Source: Prasinococcaceae sp. CCMP 1430 (taxonomy: Eukaryota; Plantae; Prasinodermophyta). From it: DNA of 64,000 nucleotides. The notes below the pieces were generated by a model that was given only the letters and a program-made list of their open reading frames with translations, searched no databases and was not told where the DNA came from. The DNA lies in the NCBI GenBank assembly GCA_013416795.1, contig RQSC01000032.1, positions 281,315-345,314 of the forward strand, given 5' to 3'. This document shows, one piece after another, positions 10,901-21,115 of this stretch. Both the position numbers and the translations under genes were made by a program. Position 1 is the first letter of the stretch, and each line of letters opens with the position of its first letter.

Positions 10901-13396
10901 GCTGCGTCCGTTGCCGCTGCCGTCTCCAGGCGTGCGCCCTGCCTGACCCACTGGCGACACTGGGGATATGGGGGAAGGCTCGCTGATGCCCTGCGGCGTT
11001 GGCTCGGCCGGCGTGATCGGAGTTGGCGTGGCACCCGTCGAAGCCGTTCCCGCGCGGCCGCGCACTGCAGCCTGCTGCGCTCCGCTTCCACAACCGTCAG
11101 CGGCAACGATCGCTGTCTTCTCATCTGCAAACACCCAGGGCAGGCCCAGGTCACCAGCTAGGCCAGTGAGGATCGCCTGCAGCGTCTCCTCATCAGTGCT
11201 GGCCGCATCGCGTGGTTGTTCATCAGATTTGTGGGTGCGCAGAAGCCACTTGCGCGTCTCGTTGAAGTCGTTGCGCCTGCGAGCCACGGACGGTTCCACG
11301 CGCATTCTCTTTGAGGCGCGCTCTCCGGCTCCATCGTCTGTGGGTGCGTCGGCCCTCGAGGATGGGCGCGGGCATGGAGGTGGGGGCAGCATGTGTTGAA
11401 GGCATCTGCGGTGTGCCCGAGCCCGAGCTCGATCGTCGCATCCGAGCACGCCGCTGCCAACCAGCCAGCTCGCGTAAAGCGAGGGCTCGAAGAGGCGCGT
11501 CTCAATGCAGGTGCGTAGCAGCGCCTGCACGCCCGCCGCCGCGCCGGCTTCGCCCTCCTTCCACGCCACAGGCTCCGCGTCCTGCATTGCAACGTCCTCT
11601 CCGTCGCCAATGCCCCTCGAAAAGCGCTTGTCCACCCAAGTTTGGAGCATGGCGTGTGTGTCTGCGCCATCCCCGCTTCCCTTGCCTTCGGCCAGCACTG
11701 CGGCGGCTGCGGAGCAGCGGGTCCAGAGCTCCCTCCACGCCTGCATGCGCCGGTCCGGGCTCGCGCCGGCCCCTGCTGCCGACGCAGCGTGCGCAACTGC
11801 CCAGTCACAGATCGTGCATAGCGCGCGCTGGTCGCACGAGGAACCGGCCTCGTCAGCCGCTGCCTGCGTTGCACGGGCGGCCTGCACGAGCCTCTCCCAC
11901 ACCCTCGCGGGGCTCGCGTGGCCGAGCTTCGTGCCGAGCTCGCTGAGCGCCAAATGCATGGGAGCACCCTTCAGGGCGTTCGGGAAAACCGCGTCTTTCA
12001 AGCCAGCGGCGCGCCGCTGCACCGCCCCAACGCAAGCGCCAAGCTGCGGGTCTTCTGGCCACTGGTACGGCCATCCGGGCAGCCAGCCGGCCGTGTGCAC
12101 GACGCAGTCAGGAGCCGTGCGCGCCGCGTGCGCCATCAGCAGGCCAACAACCTCCTCGACCTTCGGATCGAGCGGTGCCGTCTGATCCCTTTCGCCGGTC
12201 AGCGCCCTGATCAGGTCTGCGCACATCGCCACGTTACCGCCGATCGCGCCGACGACGCCGGGTAGCAGCAACAGCTCGACGAGACGCCGCCGCGCTGACG
12301 CCGCCTTCCGGTCGCAGCACGACTGTGCGGCCCAGGTGGCGAGCTTCGGGACGTCCACGAGCCCCTCGTCCACGTGCCAGGCGATGAGCCTGTGCGCGTA
12401 CGCCCATGCTGACGCGGCAGACACGGGCCACTGGCGGCTGGCGGCATCGCTGCGCGCGCGTTCGCGCTCGCGCGAGGCGCCTCGGCCTCTGCCCCGCGCC
12501 GCCACGCTGGCTCCGCCATCCGCGGACGCGTCTTCATCCGCCTCGAGGGCCGTGAGCGTCTCACCCAGGTAACTCACCAGGTACTGCGTCCACGCAGCCG
12601 TGCGATCTATCTGCTGCTGCCTGTTGCCCGCGTCCGTCTTGGCCTCGGCTGGTCGGTGTTTGTTCAAGTAGAGCGCGCGCACGTACCACGTCGCCCGAGG
12701 CAGCGGCACGGCGGCGGCGGCGAGCGAGTCGAGCATCGCGCGCCCTCGGAGGGCGCTCGGCACGGCAGTCGCGAGCGCCGCGAGCGGGTTCGATGTGTCC
12801 GCGAGCTCGCCTGCCCAGCTCTGTTGCCTCGCCTCGTCTAGCATGAGCTCGGGGTACGCATCCGCTCGCCGCACGTCGGCGGCGGCGATCCGCCCGTATC
12901 GCAGACCTGCACGCGCCGCATCGGCCTGCGGCCCCCTGAGCCTGTCGAGCGACGCGGCGTACTTGGCGATGAGCTTTTGCGCGGCGTCCTCTCCCCAGAG
13001 CTCCGCCCTGTTGGTAAGGCTCAGCAAGCTCTCCTTGTCCTCGTCGATGCCGTCCGCCTTGTCCTGGTAGCCGTAGCATAGGAGGTAGCGGTTGAGCTCC
13101 TCCTCCTTGGCGAGCGGCTCGCCGCCGTGGCCATCGGGCAGCTCGCAGTACAGGGCTTCGAGCGTCAGGGGGCGCTGCTCTGCAGCGGAGCCGCCCGCCC
13201 GCGCCGCACCCCCCCGCGCCGCCGTGCCGCCGCCCATCGCCGCCACCCCCAGGTACCACACCGCCTCCGCGCCCACACCCTCGTCGTCGGCCTCCTCGGC
13301 GAACACAGCGGCCACCGCCTCGTCGGCCCGCCCCCCAAGTGCGCCCCCGCGCGCCCCTCCCGCGCGCGTGTGGCACCGCTCGCGCGCCGCCGCCAT
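7997..13396 (-). CDS. MED12: Mediator subunit 12-like (1799 aa ORF)
   Basis: Med12 domain: WAGELADTSNPLAALATAVPSALRGRAMLDSLAAAAVPLPRATWYVRALYLN; long helical Ala-rich remainder. Confidence 0.75.
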   Translation of the reverse strand: MAAARERCHTRAGGARGGALGGRADEAVAAVFAEEADDEGVGAEAVWYLGVAAMGGGTAARGGAARAGGSAAEQRPLTLEALYCELPDGHGGEPLAKEEELNRYLLCYGYQDKADGIDEDKESLLSLTNRAELWGEDAAQKLIAKYAASLDRLRGPQADAARAGLRYGRIAAADVRRADAYPELMLDEARQQSWAGELADTSNPLAALATAVPSALRGRAMLDSLAAAAVPLPRATWYVRALYLNKHRPAEAKTDAGNRQQQIDRTAAWTQYLVSYLGETLTALEADEDASADGGASVAARGRGRGASRERERARSDAASRQWPVSAASAWAYAHRLIAWHVDEGLVDVPKLATWAAQSCCDRKAASARRRLVELLLLPGVVGAIGGNVAMCADLIRALTGERDQTAPLDPKVEEVVGLLMAHAARTAPDCVVHTAGWLPGWPYQWPEDPQLGACVGAVQRRAAGLKDAVFPNALKGAPMHLALSELGTKLGHASPARVWERLVQAARATQAAADEAGSSCDQRALCTICDWAVAHAASAAGAGASPDRRMQAWRELWTRCSAAAAVLAEGKGSGDGADTHAMLQTWVDKRFSRGIGDGEDVAMQDAEPVAWKEGEAGAAAGVQALLRTCIETRLFEPSLYASWLVGSGVLGCDDRARARAHRRCLQHMLPPPPCPRPSSRADAPTDDGAGERASKRMRVEPSVARRRNDFNETRKWLLRTHKSDEQPRDAASTDEETLQAILTGLAGDLGLPWVFADEKTAIVAADGCGSGAQQAAVRGRAGTASTGATPTPITPAEPTPQGISEPSPISPVSPVGQAGRTPGDGSGNGRSRVPKVSLVSGFADVGGATSEARLLLDLWRVRPSRAHRAAKRLAHALNDSLGNLATLPDDVASQMAAVLDSLGQHRTSASIALRILDHVKAEACASREAAASAEAKLGYMLSSVAATLASQADVLAATGELMPALDSALGLAAALNREAATQGSSSGVASRLLSVLVASVSSARYSTQPSSKDAPSPQEAAWLRQLGKHGADELAKAQAVSRGDEANVAAIAAACKDQPRPTAIPSELVLSAAGALSAWAQAGKQDAAAAGADRVLAALGAATDPALAATAAAHGAMAALSEALKVSEAWGSVDGRRVVETTAATLVACSIRAGALGGLEAASECEWRGMQALFDAATACSPADTTGDAGARSAYLIGAATAIAGASVARGFASLSTAIAAAYAPNASATASATAVFWWRLLLVTATVPPPPSNNEVNNAKDRTVQAEHSMALLMSASDRAALLRHRCVLPAAALAMPLNALSTMGEGVEGAASTLNALMISPGPRCAAMLDPLSLARSLAGQTDNTSALHTMLALTGTAVAAGGQDAAASVLSLLEGVSWETFEASVACLHLAIESLLEKGTASFTRALMKLLLRSAESTVILCEVVLALAPLNKELVPAVLKEGNSLLDQDEQLMGRAPLVVAIARAALGEGGKDPATVMAAAEACLPAAGAFGHERALVSLLLALLSRGGLTANDQRTFAEGLVGQLERLCGRMVAEQSGTARGGLKMRSQLGRKSARGIGPPSGVQCSLWVRLQMLAPLLPLVRKDTPKSKLRARLAAATLRALSSNAVHASPDVGVATTAAAAAESAAGVHGASDGATDVATRSAYERISALSAFAASSAESLPDRLMSVLHALLDQHWAAWLSAGRVLREVAANTDDLKALASLMGDLPLPEAVRRRCSASLPRTASAPSAPGKRPVGASIGAVDPWLLLEGGPCIAERQRVGAPSLVASRAHAASYILEGAVRVRREPARL

Positions 13397-13812
13397 CGCA
13401 CCGCACGCACCGCATCGCGCCGCGCCCCGAACCTCAACCCCATCCGATGCCCACCCAATGCAAACACTCCTTATTCATAAACCCTCTAAAAGAATTTACC
13501 CCAATTATGGCGCGGTCTGCCCCCCCGCCGCAATCGGGGCCTCGGCCCGTCGCGCCGCGCCCCGGCGGGACTGGCTGACTCTGACTTCGGACGGGTCGCG
13601 CCGCGGCGACCCGGGGCGGCGTTTTCGGGTCCGTTTCCTGCTGTGCGCCGATTTTCGGCGCCGCGGGGCGCGCGCGCGCGCCGGCCGGCGCCTAACGAGC
13701 CGCACCCGAATCCGACGCCGGAGATAGTGTCTATATCACGGGAATGAAAGCCAGCCAGCGAAAGCAAGACAGCCGAATCCAGCGGCGGCACGGAGAGCAC
13801 CCAGCCAGACAA

Positions 13813-13873
13813 GCACAGCACTGTACAGACAGCACGGCACAGCACAGCGCAGCGCAGCACAGCACAGCACAGC
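13813..13873. repeat. Imperfect (GCACA)n pentanucleotide microsatellite
   Basis: gcacagcactgtacagacagcacggcacagcacagcgcagcgcagcacagcacagcacag. Confidence 0.8.
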
Positions 13874-13953
13874 CCGGATCAGGATGAGCCCAGGGGACTG
13901 GCGGGACCACACCAGCAGCCTGACCAGACAGGGGTTGATACGGTACTGTGGGG

Positions 13954-13972
13954 TAGGGTTTAAACCCTAAAC
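13954..13972. promoter_or_regulatory. Head-to-head telo-box pair (TAGGGTTT/AAACCCTA palindrome) upstream of the MEKHLA gene
   Basis: tagggtttaaacccta is a perfect 16-bp palindrome and continues as taaaccctaaac. Confidence 0.5.
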
Positions 13973-14110
13973 ACAGAAACCCTTACTGTACTGTGTGCAT
14001 GGGCGCCGGCCGCGCCGCGCCCCACACCGCGCGCGAGCGGCGGGCGCGGGAGGCCGGCGGTGGCCGCCTCCCCGGCGGGGCGTGCGCACCGGCCTGTGGC
14101 CGCTAGGCGC

Positions 14111-14656
14111 ATGGCGGCGTGCGGGGCGAGCAGCACGGTGCGCCGTGGCGGCGGCGGGGAGGCGCCGGTCGAGCGCGAGAAATGGGCGGCGCTCCTTGCG
14201 GAGTCGCACCTTCGCGTAGTGGGGAGGCCGCTGCTGCCTGACCTCACCGCAGACTTCCTTGCGCGCGCCGACGCTGCGGACGTCGAAGCGCGAATCGAGG
14301 CGTGGGGCGGCTGCGTGCTCTCGCACGACCTGCCAGCCGACGCACCGCGCTTCAACTACGCGAATCCGGCGGGTATGCGCGCGTTCGAGATGCCGGACGA
14401 GGAGACGCTGTGCGCGACGGAGAGTAGGAAGTCCGCGCCCGACACGGGCACGCGCGAAGAGAGGGCGGAGCTGCTGCACCGCGTCACGACGCAGGGCTTC
14501 ATCGACGACTACCGCGGCGTCCGCGTGAGCACCACCGGAAAGCTCTTTCGCCTCGAGGGGGCGACGGTCTGGAACGTGCGAAACTCCGACGGCGAGGTGG
14601 TGGGGCAGGCAGCGGCGTTCGAGCGCACCACGCCCGTGGCGTCGGCCGACGTGTAA
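14111..14656 (+). CDS. Stand-alone MEKHLA (PAS-like) domain protein
   Basis: VLSHD..ADAPRFNYANPAG...FE...SRKSA..REERAELLHRVTTQGFIDDYRGVRVSTTGKLFRLEGATVWNV...VGQAAAF. Confidence 0.85.
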   Translation: MAACGASSTVRRGGGGEAPVEREKWAALLAESHLRVVGRPLLPDLTADFLARADAADVEARIEAWGGCVLSHDLPADAPRFNYANPAGMRAFEMPDEETLCATESRKSAPDTGTREERAELLHRVTTQGFIDDYRGVRVSTTGKLFRLEGATVWNVRNSDGEVVGQAAAFERTTPVASADV

Positions 14657-14779
14657 ATGTATGGTAATTATTTTGAATAGCTGAGGCGCTCGTGCCGCGT
14701 CCGACGTTGGCCTGCGGCCTCGGGAAGGCGCGTCGTTTGAATGGTGTGCGCAGCATGCGCGTGTGCCCGTGCCGTCGAG

Positions 14780-16674
14780 TCAAGAGAACGTCTCGGCGTC
14801 GTTCTCTTCGTCCGAGCCGCGTCCCTTGAAAATCTCATCGAAGTGGGCGTGCGCGAAGCCGTCCGGAGGGAGCTCGAGCGTGAGCGCCTGCGGCGGCGGC
14901 CGCTGCCTGCTCGGCGGGCGCGCCGAGTGGGCCTTGCGACGGATCGGACCCTCGCGCTTGCGCGGAGAGCGGATGACAGAGCGCTCCCGCGCGCCGCTGG
15001 GATTGACGGTGCCCGGCCGCTGCAGCGGGATCTGGCGGCCCTCCTTCGCCACCTTCGTCCTGGTCTCGCTGTTCTTCGAGGCCACACGCTCTCGCGCGGG
15101 CGTACTGTTGGTGAAGAGGAACAACGCCTCGCTCGGCGGGCGCTGCCTGCTCAGAGGCCGGCGGTAACCGTCGGCGTCGACCTCGATGCTTTCTCCCCGG
15201 ATGTCGCTCTCGCCGCCTTGCCCCTCATCTTCCTCCTCGCCCTCGTCACCGGCGTAGAAGAGGTTGGCGCTCATACCCGACAAGTCCACCTCCTTGGTGG
15301 AGGGCGCATCGGTGCCGTCGAGGCCGCTGGTGAGGCTACTGCCGTAGTGGCCGCCCTGCGTGGCCGGTCGGAAGTCAGATATGTTTGACCGCGCCATCGC
15401 GATGTCCATTTTGGTTGGCGAGCTGCATGAAGACCCCGAGATGGACGCCACGTCCAGCTCGATCTCGTCGCCCGAGCTACCCTCGAAGCCGTACTTGTCA
15501 TCTCGAGAGGGTCCGCCCGTGCATTCAGCCGCCAGCGCCTGCGCACGCTGCGTCTGCACGCGAAGACTGGCGCTGCCAGGCCGTCGACCACCCGCGCTCC
15601 ACGATCTTGTGTGATCCTGCTGCGCCTCAACGCGGCTGGTGTCGCGCCCCGACCACCGGCGCCTCGCAGCGCCAACCAAGTTGGCCTCGGGCGCCACGGG
15701 CATTGTCACGAGCTGTCGCATGTAGTCCGACAGGATGAAGCTCGTTTGCTCGGTCAGCTCCTCCTCGCCTTCCTCGGGCAGCCGCATGGGCTTCCGGTGA
15801 CGGGTCTCGGTGCCATTGCCAACGTCGCCGCTCCACGCGACCGCGGCTGGTCCGGTGCTCCTGCCGCTCACGCGCAGCTTTGCCGTGGCCTCCGAGCTGC
15901 CATCGGATACGTTGCCCTGGAAATGGGTGGGCGTGAGGCTCTTGGCGACGCGGTCCTGCGGCTCCTGGGTCTTCGCGAAGCGACGCATGCTGCTACGGCT
16001 CCACACGCCCGCGGCGAGGGGGTGGGCAGTCGCGCTGCTCCCCAGGGCCGTCGACACCCTCGAGTACAGCCTGGCGCCGCTGTCGCTGCCCGCTGAGGTC
16101 GCGGGCCGCGCCGCCGCAACCTGGCGCGGGGCAACGAAGCGCTCTCGTCCATGGTCCGTGGTTAGCGTCGAGGTCGCCGGTCTTTGGCTACCCTGCGGCA
16201 GGCCATTGCTCACGCCCCACGCCTGGCCGTGAAGCGGCGTGCGCGGCCGATGCTGTGGCGTCCTGCGGGCGCTGCTGCTCCCCGCGTTGCCCCACTGCCT
16301 GCTCTGGGGACGCGAGGGGATCGCGCTGCCGCCGCGGGCCTGCACCCCCCTCGGCTGCTGCTGCTGCTGCTTTGGCGGCTGCTGCTGGCGCGGGGTGCTG
16401 CGCAGGCTGTTCCCGGTGCGCAGGCCGACGTGCATGCTGCTCGACGATTGGCCTTGTTGCTCGCTGCCACGCTCGCCCCCGCCGCTGCCGCCATGGCCGT
16501 GCACGGCTAGCGACGCTCCTTTGGCGGCCCTGAAGCCGAGCGCGCCGGGTTCGTTTCGCCCGCTCACCTCATCTGCGCGCGTGCTCTCGAACCTCTGCCG
16601 CCGCGCGCTGCCGGGCGCCGCCGCTCCGCCCGCGCGGCTCTTTGCGGCGCCCCTGCGGAGCGAGCCCGCCGGGG
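14780..16674 (-). CDS. Hypothetical low-complexity Ser/Arg/Pro-rich, probably disordered protein; 5' end in N-gap
   Basis: Long open frame with native-looking codon usage and acidic tail ...DEENDAETFS*; no domain recognised. Confidence 0.5.
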
Positions 16675-16982
16675 NNNNNNNNNNNNNNNNNNNNNNNNNN
16701 NNNNNNNNNNNNNNNNNNNNNNNNNNNNNNNNNNNNNNNNNNNNNNNNNNNNNNNNNNNNNNNNNNNNNNNNNNNNNNNNNNNNNNNNNNNNNNNNNNNN
16801 NNNNNNNNNNNNNNNNNNNNNNNNNNNNNNNNNNNNNNNNNNNNNNNNNNNNNNNNNNNNNNNNNNNNNNNNNNNNNNNNNNNNNNNNNNNNNNNNNNNN
16901 NNNNNNNNNNNNNNNNNNNNNNNNNNNNNNNNNNNNNNNNNNNNNNNNNNNNNNNNNNNNNNNNNNNNNNNNNNNNNNNNNN
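16675..16982. other. Assembly gap (N run)
   Basis: 308 N. Confidence 1.
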
Positions 16983-19900
16983 CGCGGCGGGTGGGCGACG
17001 CGCCAGCGGGCGCCGGCGCACCCGTCGACGCCCACGCGCTCGCCGCGCTCGAGGCGGGCCGCAAGGCCGCGATGGAGTACAAGGCGGAGGGCAACGAGCG
17101 CTTCGCGGCGCGCGAGTACCAGGCGGCCGCGGAGGCCTTCACACGAGCGCTCGGCGCGTACGCGCGCGCTCGGGCCAGTGCGGGGAGCGCGCGCGGCGAC
17201 GGCAACTTCCGCGCGCCGCTCTTCTCCAACCGCTCGGCGGCGCGGCTCGCGCTCGGCGACGCCGCCGGCGCGCTCGCCGACGGTGACGACGCCGTGCGCT
17301 GCAGGCCCACGTGGTGGAAGGCCCACTCGAGGCGAGGCGCGGCGCTCGTGGCACTCGGTGCGTTCGACCGCGCCGCGCAGGCGTACGAGGACGCCGCGGG
17401 CGCGGCCGAGGACCCAGAGTGCGCGGACAAGCAGCGGGCGGAGGCCGACGCTGCACGGGGCAGGGCGAAGGCGGCACTGGCGACCGGCAAGATCACGTTC
17501 CAGAGGCGGACCGACGCGCGCGGGGGCGGCGCGGCGATCTCCGCGCTGGTGGGCGCGCTCGGCGAGGCGCTCACCGACGAGGCGGACGAGCCGCGCCACG
17601 AGGCCACACTCGTGCTCGCGGCGGCGGTCGAGGCGGCCGCCGAGGCTGGCACGCTGGACGCGCAGACCGCCGCCGAGCTCGCGGGCTTCGCAGTGAACCG
17701 ACTGGAGGACATTGGCACGCTCAGGGGCGGACTCCGGCTCGCCGGGGCGCTGCTCGGCGAGAGGACCGATGCCGGGGCCGCTGCTGATGCCGCGCCCCCC
17801 GGCGGCGCCGGCGGCGGCAATGACGACACGCAGAGCCCCATCCCCGTCGAGGCGGCCGCGACGCTCGGCGTGGCGCTCGTCGACGTGCGCGTGCAGGCGC
17901 TCGCGCAGATGGACCGTGCAGCTGCGCTGCGCGCCCTGCGTCGCTTCTTCGCGTCGCACGCGGATGCGGCAGAGGGCCTCGGGGAGCATCTCGCGCAGGG
18001 TGTGGTCTCGGCCATCGACGGCGAGCGCGATCCGCGCAATCTGCTCACGGCATTTGAGCTGCTCGTGCTCGTCACGCGCGCGCTCGACGAGGATTCCGTG
18101 AGGGCCAACGCCGAGGAGCTATTTGACACCGTCGCACGCTACTTCCCCATCAAGTTCACGCCGCCACCCGACGCTGCCAGCCGGGCAGATGCCATCACGC
18201 GCGCGCAGCTCGTTGAAAGCCTTCGCAGCGCGATGCTGTCGCATGTCGCTTTCGCAGAGTTCGCCATGCGCCTGCTGCTCGACAAGCTGGGCTCGCTTCT
18301 TCATACGGCCAAGATGGACTCGCTCGACGTGCTCACGCGTGCGCCGGTCGCCTTTGGCGCTGGGGCGACGCCCTTCACCGAGAGCGTGTGGGCGGCGCTG
18401 CGCCGCGCCGCACTCCCGCGAGCAGCTCAGGGGCTCTCCGAGACGCAGGCCGCCGGCCAGGACGACGCCGAGGATGCAGACCCAGCTGCGCGCGACGCAG
18501 CGCGCGAGCTGCGAGAGGAGGCGTGCGCGTGCATCAGCGCGTGGGTGGGGGCGCCGGGGAAGACTGGCGTGGATTTTAGGCAGCTCGTTCTGGGCGACGG
18601 CGGCGTTGGTGGGGTCGCCGAGGCCGTGGCCAACGCCAAAGCTAGCCCCAACGCCTCCCCGGCCGCACAGAGGGACTCGGACGCCATGGACGAGGCAGAG
18701 GACGGTACCGAGGCCTCTACCAGTGCAGCGATTCTGCCCATGCCGTCGGCAGCGGCGGTGGCAGCAGCGGCGGCCGCGCTGCGCGCGTCAGTGGAAGGCA
18801 GCACGGTCGCCGCGCGCGAGGTGCTCGAGCGCTACGGCGCGCCGCTTGCCGCTCGGCGCAACTGCGCGGCATCGCTCGCGTTGCTCGTCGCCATCGTACA
18901 GGGCGTGCGCAAGGCTTCTGAGGATTCTGCCGCTTCCAGCACCGATTCAGTGGCTGACGCGAGCATGCTGCTCGGTGATGCTGGCAGCGCCATTTTGCAG
19001 CGCTTCTGCGCCGACGCGGGTGCGGATCTCGTGTCGGGCGCATCGGCCGCGGCTGCAGTTGCCGGTGGTGCCGCGGGCCTTGAGGCGCTCTGCTGCGCAC
19101 CATGTGCTGCCGCGACGGACCGTGCAAAGCGTGCTGCCGCTGCTATCGAGGCGCTCAGCGCGGTCGCATGCACATCACTCGATGCCACAACCGACGCTGA
19201 TGCGGCTATCAATGGTGCGGCCGATGCCGCGCAGCAGGGCGCTGTGGGTGCTATGCGCAACATTGCGTTGGCGAGCACGGAGGGCGCTTCTGCGCTCGCG
19301 CGTGGTATCACCGACACCATAGCGCCAGCAGCGACCAACTTGTCTGCGAGCGCGGCTGGCAGAAACGCCGCACTCGATGCGCTGTGCGAGCTCGTAGGAG
19401 CGCAGGTGGGGGGTGAACCCGGAAGCGGGTGCGGTGGCGGCGCTGCGATGCATGCGTCAGTGTGGAAAGCCGCCGCCATGCCGCTCGCGCGGACTGCAGC
19501 AGGGATGTCCATCGGCGAACTGGATGGCACTGAACGCGAGTGCAGGCAAGGAGCACTGAAAGGCCTGTGCGTGTTGCTTGAGGGCGTGCCCGCAGCTTCG
19601 CTTTGGGCCGGCTGCGACGGTGGGGCCGATGATGCGCTTGCGGCCATTGCGGCTCAATTAATGGACGGTGCTGGCGCAGGAGGCGACGGATTGGATGCTG
19701 GTATCGTCAACCTCCTCGCGCGAGCTGTGCTTGGAGCTGTAGCACAGCTCTCTGAAGCTGCGCAGTTGCGGCTGCTCCCTGCTGTATGTGGGCCGCTTTT
19801 GACCGCCGCCACACAGAACACTTGGCAGGGCGTCCAGGGCGCCTTCGTTGTGGCTGCTGCTGCCGCATGCGCGCTTCGCTCGCAACCGACGCACGTCCTG

Positions 19901-21078
19901 CTGGAGAGCGTCGGAATAGGCGATGGCGACGCGCGTGGCATGGACGCCACGCTTGCTATACTGCGCTCCACGCTTGAGGACGGCGCAGCAAGTGAGGCTG
20001 TTGCTGAGGCGAGCGCGAGACTCGTTGCGAGCATCGTCAATAAGCTGCCCGTCGAAGGGGCCGGCCAAGCCGAGGCGCTCGATCGCTTCGCCGAGCGGGT
20101 GCTTGACTGCGTTGCCACTGGGTGTGCGCCCGGCGGCTCCAGGTGCGTGCGCCGTCGATTCAGCGGTGTACAGTGCCATGCGTCGCGCTGAAAGTGTGCG
20201 TCCATGTGTGCATCCATGCGTCGATTTTGACACAGACTGATTGTGCGCGCGTGCGCAGTCGGCCCCGAGCTATGACGGCACTGGGTTGGATTGCCAAGGC
20301 CCTGGTCATGCGTAACCATGCGCAGGCACAGCGCGCTCGCGAGCTGCTTCTTGGCGTCGCACTCGCGCCGGCCAGTGCTGCCGACGACACACCAAGTCGT
20401 GACGCGAAGGCCTCGGCCTGCGCCGCGCTTGGACTTGTGCTCTCCGACCGGCGAGGTGCGCTGCATGCCAAGCTACACGCTCGTTCTGCCTTCCTTTACA
20501 AGCAGAAGTTTCTCAACGCGGCTGTGGGACCGCTGTGCGAGGCGAGCACTGCGAAAGATCGCTATACGGACTTCTCCAGGGAATCTCGCCTGTGGGCGAT
20601 GCGTGCGCTCTGCCACCTATTGTGTGGCGGCGCACCTGCTGCGGCGGTCATGCAGCACGCCGCCGCGGCCTTGCCGCTGGTCCTCGAATGCGTGCCCTCC
20701 CTCGTTGAGGCCTCATCGGAGGGGAATGATGCAGCTGCGACGAAGCTTGTGGGCATGGTGATGTCGCTGGCGCGGCTGCACGTCGAGGCCTCAGGCGCGG
20801 GTGAGGCTGCCCCAATCGGTCGCGTCGTTGTGTCGCAGGCCGCCAAGCTCTGCGGGGCGGCGCTGGCAGCTCTGAAGTGTGAGCAAAGCAGCCGCGCGCG
20901 AGTCGGCGCATTGAGCGTGCTGCGCGCGCTCGTGGAGTGCGACGGTGTTCCATGGAGCACACTCTTCCCGCTGCGGCCGCGTGTGTGCACAGCTCTTGGC
21001 GTGGCGCTCGATGACGACAGGCGATCCGTGCGTCAGGCTGCGGTGGCTGCCAAGGACAGCTGGGAGGCCAATCGATGA
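16983..21078 (+). CDS. MMS19: MMS19/MET18 cytosolic Fe-S assembly HEAT protein with an N-terminal TPR module; intron 20143-20258; start at 17072 or within the gap
   Basis: AIDGERDPRNLL..FELL, EELFDTVARYFPIKFTPPP, ITRAQL...LRSA (MMS19_N); C-terminal LGWIAKALVMR, LLYKQKF..., LGVALDDDRRSVRQAAV; TPRs KAEGNERFAAREY..A..., LFSNRSAARL, WWKAHSRRGAAL. Confidence 0.88.
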
Positions 21079-21115
21079 TGCCACGTGAATTACTGTATGT
21101 AACAATTGATCCGCA

